From NCBI GenBank assembly GCA_051294375.1, contig CM119268.1:857218-921217 (forward strand): 64,000 nucleotides of DNA, written 5' to 3'. The notes below the pieces were generated by a model. The model searched no databases. It was not told where the DNA came from and saw nothing but the letters and a program-made list of their open reading frames with translations. The stretch comes from Paraspadella gotoi (lineage: Eukaryota > Animalia > Chaetognatha). Position 1 is the stretch's first letter, and every line of letters starts with the position of its first letter. Position numbers and translations under genes: made by a program. This document shows positions 13,975-27,500 of this stretch, piece by piece.

Positions 13975-14420
13975 AAGAAGCATAATCAATTAGTGAAACA
14001 GGTTTTTTGTTTTTTCCATTTAAACTCATTTACACACGATTTCATCAAAACATTATTTCCAGCTTAATCACAAACTTTCCTGCCCATATACAAAATTTAA
14101 AGTAAATCGCCCCCTCCACTCATGTGTAAGTGACGTTCAAATAATGAAATTTTTTTCCCATTTAAGCTCATTTCCACTCTCACGATTCCATCGAAACTTC
14201 ATATCCAGCTCAATCATACACTTCCTTACCCACACAAAAAATATCATTCCAATCCATCCATCCAATCACGAGCAATTGTAGTTTTTTGCTCAGGTGGGAC
14301 GGACGGACATCGGTTTTTTTGTTGTTTTTTTTGCATAATTCATCATAATTCGATGTTCTGACATAAAATAAGTTAATGCCCGACAAGATTGAGGGGACGG
14401 ACCGACAAAGTGAATTATAG
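13975..14420. repeat. Dispersed repeat shared with 48270-48575 and its mirror at ~58700-59010
   Basis: AAGCATAATCAATT.GTGAAACAG.TTTTTTGTTTTTTCCATT..CCAGCTCAATCA..GGACGGACG..CCGACAAGATT..GGACCGACAAAGTGAAT occurs at all three sites. Confidence 0.65.
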
Positions 14421-15588
14421 AGTCGGGATCTGCTGATAAGAATAAAAACGTCGCCTGAAAATAATGCCGCCTAGTTTATTTTCGATTTAATTAAAAAATA
14501 TAAAAAATATTTCCGTAATTGTCATTGGTTTTGTTTGAGAATTGAGATTTGTCCGCATATTTTTTTGGTTTTTTGTTTTGGCTTAAATCAAACCCGGCCT
14601 TGTTCCCTTGTTTCTACAGATTGTCAGCACTTAGCGTTCGATACGGTGAAGCTTAAGAGAAGGTCGGGTTCATTTCGTTCAATCTTAGATCATCTGTCCA
14701 AACGACTCACGATCAAGAATTAAGTCCATTCAAAAACTGGATTAACCTAATCCAACTCAAAAGGGCAGGAATCTATTCCAATCAAAATTGAAATCACTAA
14801 ACTTCGGGTGAATCACACGGTTCGGCGAATGGACGCGAGGCCAAACGAAAGGGTGAAGCTTCACGGAGGATTTCTGCTCTTGGGCGGAGTTGTCATCACG
14901 AGAAGGTGAGGCAGAGCTTGAGTCTGGGCGTTGGGATGGCTGGTACTGGTTCTCTCGTTGGTTTCTTGCTTATTAAAAAAACGTTGGTCATTAGAAAAGG
15001 TGTTTAAATCTGGAATGTTGAAAATGGAAGGGTCATTCTAGATGGCTTGTTGAATGTTGAATTTTGAACGTCCTTGTAGAGCGTGGCCAAGGGGCATTTT
15101 AGCACGTTTTAAATATAGGGTTGTTTAACTGTAAATGTGATTATGAAATATAATTAATTTTGTAAATGGTTTTACGTTTAATTTCACTTAAAGATATTAT
15201 TTTTTAATGTTTCATTTCGTATTTAACGTGAAGCTGGTAATTATTCAAACTTGTGCCTTCAGGTAATGATCAGAATAAAAACGTTCTTCCTTATATCTTA
15301 CCCATTATTTACTCACTTAACTCCTTCAGCTGTCAACGCTTCTTGATTTGACGAGCGCCCTCGTCATGAAAAAGCCGCGCCCACTCGCGTGGCGTCATCG
15401 TCGCCGCCATCCAGTGACGTTTTGACTCGCCCCTCCCCCCCCCTCCCCCGTGTCCGCCGCCGTTTCCGCGTGAGACGCTTCCCACGTTTGTCTCCTCTCG
15501 ACTTCACTCACCCTCTCCCCCTCTTTTTCTACCTTCGCTCCAATCCACGATTTAATCCAAAAAGATAACAACAACAACGAGTTAAACG

Positions 15589-18500
15589 ATGTCAGCCGAC
15601 GCCGCCATGGACGCCGACGCCCTTTTAGGCGACGAAGCGACGGAACAGCCGCGCCCTCCGGATGACCCACGACAATGTCCCGAGATTCGTGTGGATTTCG
15701 ACGTCCAACGATCGGACGACGATGATGATGATGAAGACGATTCGCAGACGAAGTTGACGGAAGGTAAGTTCTTTCTCGACTTATTCTTGTTAATCATGGG
15801 AATTTAAAAAAAAAAAAAGATCGTTTGATCCAATGTGTTGCGCCTCAGTGATTTGATTTTCATGCATGTTTCCCTTTTATCACATGATATGACATGACAT
15901 AACTTTTATTGTATTTTATTGTATTTATAATATGCACTGCATCAAAATTCCGTCTTTTATTCCCGAATTCCTGAAGTGAGCAACCAACTATAGTCAAATT
16001 ATAAGCATTTTTAACATAAGTGGGACAGACTGACGGACAGACATACCGACAGACCGATCGAAAAGTGACTTAAAGAGCTGCTCGGCGAGTACTCGCGGCG
16101 CAACTAAAAACTTTAAACTAATGACTTGGTAACTCTGCATTCTGCAAACCAAAGATTCCATTTTACTCTCTGAAGATGAGCGCTCTCACTCGCCCTCTAT
16201 CGATCTTCGCACTAACCCTTTTCCTCCTACTTAGCACTGGACATTAGACAAAGTCTATATCTCCTTCCCCCCCCCCATTCTCTTTCCCTCCCGTCACTCT
16301 TCCTCTTTGTAAGAATCCCCGTGGATGAACCGAGTCTCTCGCCCCTCGAGCCACCGCCCGCCTCTTTTCGGCGGCGTGGGCGTGGAGGCGTTACCCGGGG
16401 CCGTCTCCCGTCAAGCGTCGCCCGGCGGTCTCCGTCAAGCGTCGCCCGGCCTCGTCCGTCAGAAGAATCGTCCTGTCATTCGTTATTTGCCCTCTGCCGG
16501 TGGAGTTAAGAAGCTGGGCCTCTCCTCCGTTGCCAGCGAGTCCGTCTTTACGAGTGAGACTTTATGAAGTCGGTACAACCGATTTCAAAATTATTCATTA
16601 ATTTTCTGACCAGACACGGTTCCCGCCAAACTACCTGATGGAATTTTATGAAAATTTGCAACTTACAATATCTAAGAGGCTGAACAGAAAAGGGTGGGAA
16701 TGGATAATTTTTTGAGGGGGCACCAAAGTTATATATGATTTTTTTACCAATAGGGATACATACTGAGGAAAGGTCTATAGAGGCACCTTTATAATTTTAA
16801 AATACTTTAATGAAAATTACATTTTTTCTTTATCCTACTTTTTTGAATTTTTTAAATCTTTTTTGTTTATACAATGGGAAGGTCATCAGTTGGGAACCTA
16901 TACCCTTCATGGATTTCGGCTCTTTAATCCCAAATGAAATCCTCATAATCCTCATAACTTAATTATAAATGCGACTATCGAGGGGAATTTTGTTAAACCC
17001 CCTGAGAGGTGATAGTGTCCTAAACTAATTCGCCATGTATCATTGGTAATCGTTGACTTCATTGACTTTTTCCTTGTTCAGCCTCAGCATCTCTTGGCGG
17101 AAGTCATGGCGTCATCTCCCCAACCTGCAACGGACATTTGGCACCACATAGACCAGGCGCTTTGCATCAGGCAAGTTGGAAATGTTTTTTGGTGATTAAT
17201 GGTTTTAAAACGACTCCAATGCTTTCATTGGATGAATTTGATGACCACCTGTGATGCCGGGGTCGCAGTACTTCTCAACATCTGGATATGGTCAGGTGTT
17301 TGGGGTCTTGAGTAATCTCCTTCCTACCATCGGCTTGCTTTCAAGATTGTAGGCAAGCATTGAACCTGGGCCCATTGTTGGTAATCGTTACCAACTTGAA
17401 ATTACCGCGGTATTGTGAATTTTGGCTCATCAGCAGATCTTACTAAAATTGTCAACGTCTTTGTGGTTTTGTTTTTGTTGTCGTCCAAATTGTCATTTTG
17501 TCTTTTCTTTGTCTTCAGGTCTCCTCCGATGTCGTGATGGCCAAAAACCTCGGCTTCGATTTTCGCTCAAAGCCACTTGCCTTACATGAGGTAAGATGCT
17601 TCTCTAAGTGATTAATATTATTATGAATTAAAGCCAATTGTCTTACATGAGGTAAGATGTCTCTCTAACTGATGAATATTATGAAGAATTAAAGCCAAAT
17701 ACATTTTAGTGATAAATATTATGAAGATTTAAAGCCACTTGCCTTACCTAAGGTCAGTAGCTTCTCTTAGTAACGAATATTATGCAGAATTAAAGCCACT
17801 TTCATAATATTAGACGCTTCTTTTAGAGACAAATATTATGAAGAATTAAGCTGTTTTCTTTACATGAACTTGTCTGAATGACATATATCATATGAAAAAT
17901 GTTAAAAAGAATTAACTATTATTACACTACCTCCCCTAAGGTCGCCTCTGAAACGGCTATGGCACTCTCCACGGGCCGTTGCAACCTCCACAAAAATTGT
18001 TCCCTTCAAGGCGCCTCTTGGCAGAACCTCTGCCACGCTGAAGCGGACAAACGTTTCTCTGTGGAGTTGGCGTTGGCTCTTCCAAACGGACTCACGCCTT
18101 CAGGTTGCAAGGGTTTTGTCTTTCGTCGGGATTTGGTACAACCAATATAAGAATTTGTGGCGAATCCTAAATTCGCCTTCCGTTCCATTGACTTGGACAG
18201 CTATGTACTTGTTCACCAACCGTGAGTTCCGGGTTCAATCCCCTCACGGTCACCCTGGTTAAAGTGTGATGGTGTCGGCATAAGCACGCCAGTTACACTG
18301 CAGGTCCAAAGCCCTAAGCGCCAGCTGTCGGGATATGCCTCACACCCCGGGCAATCACACATGTCTCCCCGTTGCCATGAATTATCTATTTATCTTGTCC
18401 CTGACGTTACACAGGCTACAATGAGTTAAGGTCTCCATTTATCTTACAAGATAACATGGTAGGATCCTGCAAGCTTTCTTTCAAGACTGTAATTGTGTAT

Positions 18501-20190
18501 TATTTCAATAAATTGTTTCAATTGTATATTTGATGAATCTGAATTAACTAATTAAATATTTAAACATTTTAGCGATTTCTTGAGTTGCTAATGTAAAAAA
18601 AATGATTTTAGAGTAATAATAAAAATTAATTAATTTAATTGATTAATTAAAAAAATTATTAAAGTAATTTCTCATTTCCCCCCCCCCAGTATCTTTACAA
18701 AACGCGTCGCGTAATTCGTCTTCGTCTCAAGTTTTTCCTGAAGAGAAAAACTCTGTCAACTTTAACGCCCTGTCCGGTGACTTTATGATTTATATATATC
18801 TGTATATTTATTATAGATAAGAAATTGATGATACCACTTCATTTAATAAATGAGCTATCTTGCCCCAGACTTTGGAAACTTTGGACAGGTTATTGAGGGT
18901 CAAGGCCTTCCTCCCGCTTTCAAGATAATAACTTAGCAGGATCCTGCAAGAATACCGTGAAGTCTCTCCCACAGTCCAGTTTATTCACCTGGCTTCCCTA
19001 TCAATGAAGTCGTATTATGGCGAATCCTAAATTCGCCGTCTGTATCGTCTGGTTGAACTTAGCTCGTCCCATTAGCTTGAACAGCTAATCCCTTCACGGT
19101 CACGCTGGTTAAGTAAGATGGTGCCTGCATACTGCATGCAGTGCATAGACAAGTAGTGTCTGGGGGTGGTCACTGCCGGTCCAAAGCCCTGAACGCCAGC
19201 TGTCGGGAAGTGCCTTATACCCCGGGTATCACACATGTCTACCCGTTGCCATAGTATAATATTTTAACGAATAATTATATTACACTCATGAGCAAAAAAA
19301 AAATGTACCACTTTATAACATTAAATTATAAACATTTTATAAAAATATTTTTAAAAATTTTATAAAAGAATTTTAGATTTTATATATAGTTAATAACAGA
19401 AGCATTTAAAGTTTATCGTATTACTATAAATCATAAAAAATTTTTTTTCAAAATCTGAATTTTTAAAAACTGATTCGGGTAAAGATCAAAAAAATAAATA
19501 AAAATTATTACTATAAGATTTCCAAATTTTTTGGTTTTATTGCTTAAAATTAGCAAAAACTATAAAAATTATGGTATGACGATAATGATGATGATTTTAA
19601 AGAGTTTTTCCATTATTTGACCCACTTATCATCGAAATATTGAAAAACGCATTGTACTTTGCGCAGACAACTTTTTATGGGCTATCTGAATCTGTTCTTA
19701 AAAAATAATATTTTTACAAAAAATTGTTTTCATTGCCTATACATTGATAAATATTTAAATGCTTTAATGTTATACTGTGCTTCACTAGTTAAAAAATTGA
19801 TAGTAAATATTGATTAAGTATTTGATGGACAAATGAATTTTATATTACAGAACTCTTATTGATAAAAAGTGATCAATTTTGGCCCGCCTTCCTGTATATA
19901 CGTATTTATTCAAACCAAACCATATCTCCAATTTAAAAGAGTGATATGACTTGATAAATTCTTTGGTAGATTTCAATAATACTGCAATAGCTTTATACAC
20001 CAGTAATTAGTAACAATACTGCAATGCTGTAATTCTTGTCTACTTTCCTCAGGATCAACGATATCTGTGTCGCCGTTTCCTTTCTGCCGCATTTGCCACA
20101 TGGCGGCCAACGACTGTGATGAGCCTTTGATCTCACCGTGTCGATGCTCAGGGACAATGAAATACATCCACGGCTCCTGTCTTATGGTAT

Positions 20191-20234
<44 letters not shown>

Positions 20235-22268
20235 TTCTCTCTTTTCTCAGAAATGGATGGACATTTGCTCTCGGAAATCACGGAAAAGCCAGCGATGTGA
20301 ACTTTGCCAATATCAGTACACGAGAAGAAAGCGATTTCAGGTTGTGAAGGCGACTAGAGTGAGTGAAACTTTTCTTTTTTTTTTCTTCTTATTCTAATTA
20401 GTATTTGAACAAATGGATTCAAATCCTTAGTCACTTATATCCCCCCCCCCAAATTAATAAAAATCTCTAGCTATGACTTGATATCATGCTTCTTTTTTTT
20501 GTTGTGTTTGTCATTGGATATTCCTTTTGTTTTTATACTACTAAGCTATTTTTGCGAAGCTTTAGTTATGAATAAAACTTAAGTTTTCTTGTATTATTAT
20601 TCTTGGATTATCAAAGTTTGTCATGGGTCCAGATTTTTTTTTTATACGAATGCGACGAATGCTTTTAAGATTTTTGTTTTAAATTTAAAAATTTTCCTGA
20701 CGTCAAATCCAATTTTGTTCTTAAAAAATTTACTGATTTTTTTAATTAAAGTTTTATCCTGCCTCACAACTATTTTAAATTATAAAAATGACGTTTTTTT
20801 TTTTTTTTTTTAATTTGTTAATAATCCAGTACAAAGAGTGGAAGTGTTAAATTTGTTAAATTTGTTAATAATCCAGTACAAAGAGTGGAAGTGGCCGCGA
20901 TGCAACAAACGCGACAAAGTTCTTCACTTTGTCTTCTTTCTCAATCTGATCATCATGGCGGGATGCGCCGTCGCCACCGTCTATTGCTTTCTCAGGTTCG
21001 ACAACGTCGCTTTTCATTTTCTCTCTTTTTAAGTTTTTGTTGGTTATTTCGCGGGGATTTTTTTACCCAAGCATTCTTCCCTTCTCCCACCCCACACCCC
21101 CCTTCAGTGACAAGGGCCTCCCGAAACGCGCCCGGTACTTGAGGGGCGACGCCGTCAACCACGACGCCTCTGCCCCTCGGGCCACCGTGGTCGAGACCTC
21201 CGCGGCCGAGGGCAGGCCCGACCCCGAGACAGGGGCGGACCCTTACCTTCGGGGTCAAGTCGACCTGACTTCGGAGGAGGTCGTTACTCTTTGTTGCGGC
21301 GTTCTCTTTTTCATCTCCTTTTTCGTCGCCATGTATGCCCAGGTATGCCCCGGTCAGTATGTTAGTGTGGGGGGGGGTTGAAATTTGAATCCGAAATAGG
21401 TAGAACCAATATAAAAGATATCCAATATCGAATTCGTTGGATATCTTGCCAATGACCTTCGACGCGCTATGGTGGTCCTCCATACTTTTTACAAGATAAT
21501 CATCTGTAACTTTTATAATAGTGTTTTTTTGAAAAAGTAGATGTAACGCCTGGTGTTTTGCGCCTCTGTTACGAGATTGTAAAGCCAATTTAACTCGCCG
21601 AACAGTGGAGGTGGTCGAGATAAAAATGGAGAACAAAATAAGATGAAATCAGAAAAGCGAATGGAATCTAATTGGCTAATTGTACAATGTGGCATTAATT
21701 TTTATAGAGAGAGAGAAACCTTGATTACATTAGTAAATAAAACAAAACAAAACAAAAAGAATTCAAAATAATTTCTTAGCGGGCTGTGGAATCTCTAAAG
21801 AATTCGGCGGGCGATTTTCTTTTCTTTTTTACTAATAATATTAATCAGAATTTCCACTGTACCTAGGTACTGGAACAAACGAAAGAGCCAAGCTAATCTC
21901 TACTATTTCTGATCAGATTAAAGCCAAGCACACGCTGTACCAGCTCTTTGTCCGGTTCTCTGTTCTGAACACAACTTGGGAGATCGAGGAGTACGATCGA
22001 GCCAAAGATCCGTTGTACAACAGACCAGGTAAGCTTGTGCTTTTAGTTTGTTTAGATTTGATCAGGACTAGAAAATTTGGAAGAATGTAAATAATAAATA
22101 GTAAATATTTGAGGACAAAAAAACTGCAGGTAATACTGCGGTTATCAACTTAGTAGAAACTGAGTGTCTCAATCTTACTTGTATGTACTGTTTTCGTGCA
22201 AGACTTGATTCTAATACTAATTTTTTTTTTTAGGAAAACCCGCCAACCAATTGCCAACTTTGCTTTGA
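15589..22268 (+). CDS. MARCH-family (RING-CH) membrane E3 ubiquitin ligase
   Basis: Exons 15589-15763, 16314-16553, 18690-18776, 20053-20186, 20251-20340, 20877-20995, 21108-21342, 21917-22028, 22234-22268. RING-CH: [33 protein letters not shown], followed by two hydrophobic segments ([25 protein letters not shown]; [22 protein letters not shown]) and C-terminal PTLL. The first three exons are supported only by splice phase and are less certain. Confidence 0.85.
15818..16110. mobile_element. DINE-1/HINE-like non-autonomous element
   Basis: Subterminal inverted motif GTTGCGCC / GGCGCAAC and a (GACA/GACG)n microsatellite near one end. Both ends are shared with 44459-44986. Confidence 0.5.
18156..18379 (+). 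mobile_element. Solo LTR-like element (family C) with Pol III B-box
   Basis: Begins with the hairpin TGTGGCGAATCCTAAATTCGCC, contains GGGTTCAATCCC and ends GTTGCCATG. TSD AATT on both sides; homologous to 19016-19253. Confidence 0.7.
19016..19253 (+). mobile_element. Solo LTR-like element (family C), second copy
   Basis: TATGGCGAATCCTAAATTCGCC...GTTGCCATA with TSD GTAT (19012-19015, 19254-19257). Shares long blocks with 18156-18379. Confidence 0.7.
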
Positions 22269-24587
22269 GTAAAACGGAAAATTCTCTTCCCTGGTGAACG
22301 CGAAAAAAAAAGAGAAGCTGGTTTTTATTATTTAAAGGAATGGAATCTTGACTTCAATCTGGACCTGCTCTTGGCCGACGTAAAGCCGACAAAAAGCCTA
22401 CAGCGTCTTCTTCGTAAACTACTCCCCTTTAAAAAAAAAAGTTTTGTCGTCGCCATTTTTTTTTATTTTGGGCGCAGAAAACTCGCAATTATTTTTTTTT
22501 TCCATCGTAGATATAAGTTGTCGAGTTTGAAAGGGGAGGAGGACAGAGATAGAGACGTAGTCAGATAGAGTGCGAGTTCTCCCCTTCTAGGAATTCCTGG
22601 AAAGGGAAAACCTCATTGCTCATTGCTCAGTCGTTCACGTTGCTGTCAACCGCTAAACCGACGCATTAATAATTCGAGGTTTTATGTACAAAAAATAAAT
22701 ATTTTACTGTCAAACTATCCAGTTTATTTTGCTGCTAATACAATTTTTTGTGTTTCGTCTAGTCTTCAGAAAACAAACGTATTGCCCCGAAAATGCATTT
22801 GTGCCCTCAATGCCATGCCATGCCATGGCCAAGTGGGAGCCGTTATTTTTTTCGGTTCGCCCTTGGTGCGGACAAGCAATATTTGACTTTGTATAGAAAC
22901 CTGGCTTATACATACGTTTTGTTGAAATAGTTGTAATATAGAGGCGTAACGATTATACTAATCATCTTATGATTATTATTATTATTTTTTGTTCTTTTTG
23001 CGCATGAAGTTACTAACTTTAATTTATAAAATTAATGTTCCCGCCAAAACCGAAAAGGTGGTTTTTTTTTTCATGTTATTAAGGGGGACAAACAAATAAT
23101 TTCTTTTTCGTATTTATTTAATTTTTTTTTAGCTTAATATGGGCGTGATCGACTAATCATCTTTCTCTCTGCATTTTCCACTTTTATACTTTCGTTCTAT
23201 TTTTGTCTCGCTTCTTTTCTCGGAAATTCTGGTCACGTAATCGCGTTGGATTCGGACTCTCGATTTGAGAATTATGATTAATTTTTTTTCGATCTTTCGC
23301 ATGCGTAGCCATATTTTTTTTACATATATGTATAATCGGTTAATAGTTATTTGTTTACAAGTTTTAGATATTAGAAACGAATGAATGTTGCTTTGCGGTT
23401 AAGATTTACACTTTTTTTTGTTCTAATAGTCGGAATTATTATGTTAAAATTAATTTTTATCGCGTAATATAAGCTGTTTTTTTTTCGTGCAACATGTTTT
23501 TGTAACGATCCAGTGACTAAGGAAAGTTAGTCAGTCTTTAAGCTAAAGCTTAACTCCATAAGTTAATTGTAATGGCTGAAGATGCTAACTAGGTGCAATC
23601 CAGAGTTATTAACTTTCATTAATAAAGTAAAAGGACTAACATTAGTCCAAATTTTTCTCGGGACTCAGGTGTGCATCGCGCTTTTACTTTGGGTCCAACT
23701 TGGAATGAACTTGTCTATGCCGGCTGCCTTTCCTTTCGCCTTTTCTGTTCCTTTCCTTTCCTTTCCTTTCCTTTCCTTTCCTTTCCTTTCCTTTCCTTTC
23801 CTTTATTTTTTTTTCTTTCATTTCTTTTTTTGTTCCTTTTTATTTTTGTTCTTTTTTTCTTGTTCTGTTCTTTTCTTGTTCTGTTCTTTTCTTTTCTTGT
23901 TCCTTTTTTACTTTTCTTGTTCCTTTTTTACTTTTCTTGTTCTTTTCTTTTCTTGTTTTTTCTTTCCTTTCATTGTTCCTTTATTTCCTTTCCTTTCTTT
24001 TCTTCTCCTTTCCTTTCCTTTCTTTTCTTCTCCTTTCCTTTCCCTCCCTTCCCTTCCCTTCCCCTCCCTCCCGTCCCTTCCTTCCCTCCTTCCCTTCCCT
24101 TCCCTTCCCCTCCCTTCCCTTCCCTTCCCTTCCCTTTCCCTCCTTCCCCTCCCTTCCCTTTCCCTCCTTCCCTTCCCCTCCCTTCCCTTCCCTTCCCTTC
24201 TCTCTCTCTCTCTCTCTCCCCTTCTCTCCACCCATCGTTCGCTCACGACTTTTTTTTTTGCTTCCGCAAAAAAACGATTTCTCCATCTTTGTTCCACTTT
24301 TTCCTCGTAACGTCAAAGTTCAGTCCTAAACCTAAATAAATTTTTAAAAAAACTCATTTTTTGGATTCCCTCATTTTTTCTACATCGAATTCTTCGCTCT
24401 TTGTATTAAGTAAAGCGTTTCCATCTTTCCACTACGGTCTTGTGCGGGTGAGTTGATGTTTTGGCGGAGAAGGTGAAATACCGTAGCGACCTTCGCTCCC
24501 GAAATTAACGTTTTATTAAGTTAATCAACTTTCGTTTACTTTTTTATTAATTTTCGTCACTTTCACCATCCATTTTTTTCTCCCGCC

Positions 24588-27500
24588 ATGCATACCTTTC
24601 CACCACCACAAACCCGCCACCCTGCCAAACTTACCCCAGTCTCAGCCATGCCTCACGAGACGGAGGTGGCCGTGGTCAAAAAGCCAGGGGTGGTCTATTC
24701 CCCGGCGGATTGGTTCACCTCTGGCTACACCATCAGTGTCAACGCGGGAACCCAAAGGAACAATTCGGAGCAGGCGAGATTTTAGGATTTAGTGTTTGGG
24801 GGGGCCGGATTTAAGGTCAGATAGAACTAATTAACTATCCATATCTTTTGTGTCACCTCGGGTACATAGGAATGGGTAATGTGCTTGGAACCAGGCTTGA
24901 AGGTTTTCCAGCCTCCAGGTCCCCCAATGCGGATTACGATCGTCCTCACGCTCCCCGCGGGTTAGGTACCATTGGGGATCTATCGCGGTACAATTGGGGA
25001 TCGATCTTGGTACCATTGGGGATCGATCCCGTTACCTAATGGTTCTGAGCAGATGTCTTTAATCAATAAGCTACCGAGTCACAACTGAACGAGTTCTGTT
25101 TAAAGACGTGAACTTGGCGCGAGGCAAGACTACAGGTCTTCCGGTTTTTTTTATTAAATTATTGTGAGAAAAATATCAAACCAATAGATATTTTCGGCGT
25201 TGGAGGCAAAAGTTGAAACCCGTAAATAATATTAGTATGAAATTAAGAAGTTATAAAAAAGAATAATTTAATGAAATCCTCAGGTTCGCGCTCAATCAAA
25301 GTATCTCATCAATGAAACGGACAACAAAACTTTTTGGAACGAAAGGAACAACAGAACAAGAATCGACGAACGAAATATCGAACTGGGAAATTGGCGGGAA
25401 GCTCTGACCAAATTGATTAAGGAAATTGACAACGACATCAGCGGTTTGAACGATTTGCTGTTGCTGTTGTATCTTGTTGTTGCTGTTGTTTCTTGTTGTT
25501 GCTGTTGTTTCTTATTGCTGCTGCAGCATAAAGACGAAAATCTAATCCGACTTTTTAGTTTATTTTTTAAAAAACAAGGGCTAAATTTTACTTTCGCCGA
25601 ATGGGGTTTGGGCGACTTTTGAAATCTCTTTAAAATATTTATTTAAAAAAAACTTTTTTTAAAAAAATTATTTAATTACTTTAACCCTAAACCCTTTTAA
25701 CCTTAACCCCCCCTTAACTTTAAACTACCCTTAAACCCCTCCAAAATCTAGCCAGGACGGGCTTTGCCGTCTGGCTCGATAAAAACTTTCGTCTTTCTTA
25801 AATCTAAAATGAGCAACAAAAAAGAAAGGCTAAATCTAAATCCTTTCAATAAATGTTGATCTTTTTCCTTTTTATCAAACAAGAATTAAGCGTGGCGAAA
25901 TCTAAAACGGAGGCATGCATCGCTGAAAAAAACGTGGCTCTCGACGTCGCAGTGGAAAATCTCACCGTTTTAGATGGGAGAGTTCAGGTACAGATGGCGT
26001 TTCTAACAATTAAATAAGTGCAGTTACAGATGGCGTATCTAACAATTAAATAAGTGCAGGTACAGATGGCGTATCTAACAATTAAATAAGTGGAGGTACA
26101 GATGGCGTATCTAACAATTAAATAAGTGGAGGTACAGATGGCGTATCTAACAATTAAATAAGTGCAGGTACAGATGGCGTATCTAACAATTAAATAATTG
26201 CAGGTACCGATGGCGTATCTAACAATTAAAAGTGCAGGTACAGATGGCGTATCTTACAGACAATTAAAACTTATAGATAAAACTTTATTCTAATTTAAAA
26301 ATTTGACCTCGTGTTAAGACTTTCTTTTCGTTGCGCTATTTAACTAAGCTAAAGAGAAAACAAAGTTTATTTGTTTACAAACAACGTGTTTTTTATTTAA
26401 AAAAAAACGGACATGTTTCGACTCTAATTTTTCGATTCTTCATCAGCGCGTAATGAAAATTTTGTCAAACATTTGATGAAGGAAAACAGAGAGAGAGATA
26501 TATATATATAAAGGTTTTCTATTAAATATTTGACCTTAATCTCTCATCAAATCCTAAATAAGCTATCTTGCCCCTGACTTTGGACAGGCTTTGGTGGTTT
26601 AAGGCCTCCATCACTCTTACAAGATGATGACATAGCAAGTCCCTACAATTATGTTATTATCTTGTAAGTGGGATACAGGCCTTGACCAGCCAAAGCATGT
26701 CCCAAGTTAGGAGCAATGATAGCTTATTGAATGAATGGATAATTATTATATTGTTTGTACCAATTTCATGGCCATTTTTTTTCTCTATTCTCCAACCCCA
26801 ACCACCCCCCCCCTTCCAGGTGGACAACGTCCGTGACGACGTCTTTGACGAACTCAACAACGAAGTCAAAGTCATTCAAGGGACGAGGATGAATTTGCAG
26901 CACAAAGTGCAGCAAGCCTTCGAGCAGCTCTGCCTGCTGCGGGAGGCGCGGCAGAACCTGCAGCGGGATTTGGAGGATAAGACGGTGAGTTTGTGTGAAC
27001 GTAAACGTGAACTCCGTGAATCTTCATGGCATGTATAATATACATTGTATATGATATTGTAATCTGTAAATCCTATCGGTTTTGTGTGCGAGGCTTATGT
27101 GTGGCTGTTATCTGTGAATGCCGAAGGCCTATGTGTGAATCTGTAAATTGTGAGTCCTAAATGGCTTGTGAGAGAGGCTGCGTGAAGTTTGTAGTAGTGT
27201 GTAATGTTATGGCCTGTAAGTGAGACCTCAAAACTCAATTGACTTTGGCAATATAATTGCTGATCGATTGCGTGTGAGACTCTAAACTTTGACCCCCCTA
27301 CCTTTTGAGGTGACTCACGGGGTCGGCATTCACAATTCACAATTGACGCCCGAAGCTCCTGGGATTTCTTTTAAACCGGATCCGACGAGGATTCCTAAAG
27401 GCAGAGCAGAGATGAAGGAAGGGAGGGGAAATGATTAGGATAAAGAAAACTATTAGTTTGTTAGTTTATAAATTCATAGCATCAGTTGTGTATGCTATTA

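Noticed and set aside
13260-14905. Possible upstream promoter and 5' exons of the MARCH gene (acceptor ~14619, donor ~14906)
   Set aside because: Splice-like sites exist, but I could not establish a frame-consistent link to the coding exons.
16990-17460. Balanced-composition intronic segment that might be a decayed TE ORF
   Set aside because: The frames I examined are interrupted by stops and show no recognisable motif.
23582-24339. Long F/S/L/P-rich ORFs, and similar ones at 29547-30734, 43662-44036, 50632-51401, 52937-54617 and 55883-56646
   Set aside because: They are translations of pyrimidine/purine microsatellites; only the embedded tektin exon within 29547-30734 is in a real coding frame.
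25985-26268. 36-bp repeat resembling a CRISPR array
   Set aside because: The units are head-to-tail with no spacers, in a eukaryotic intron.
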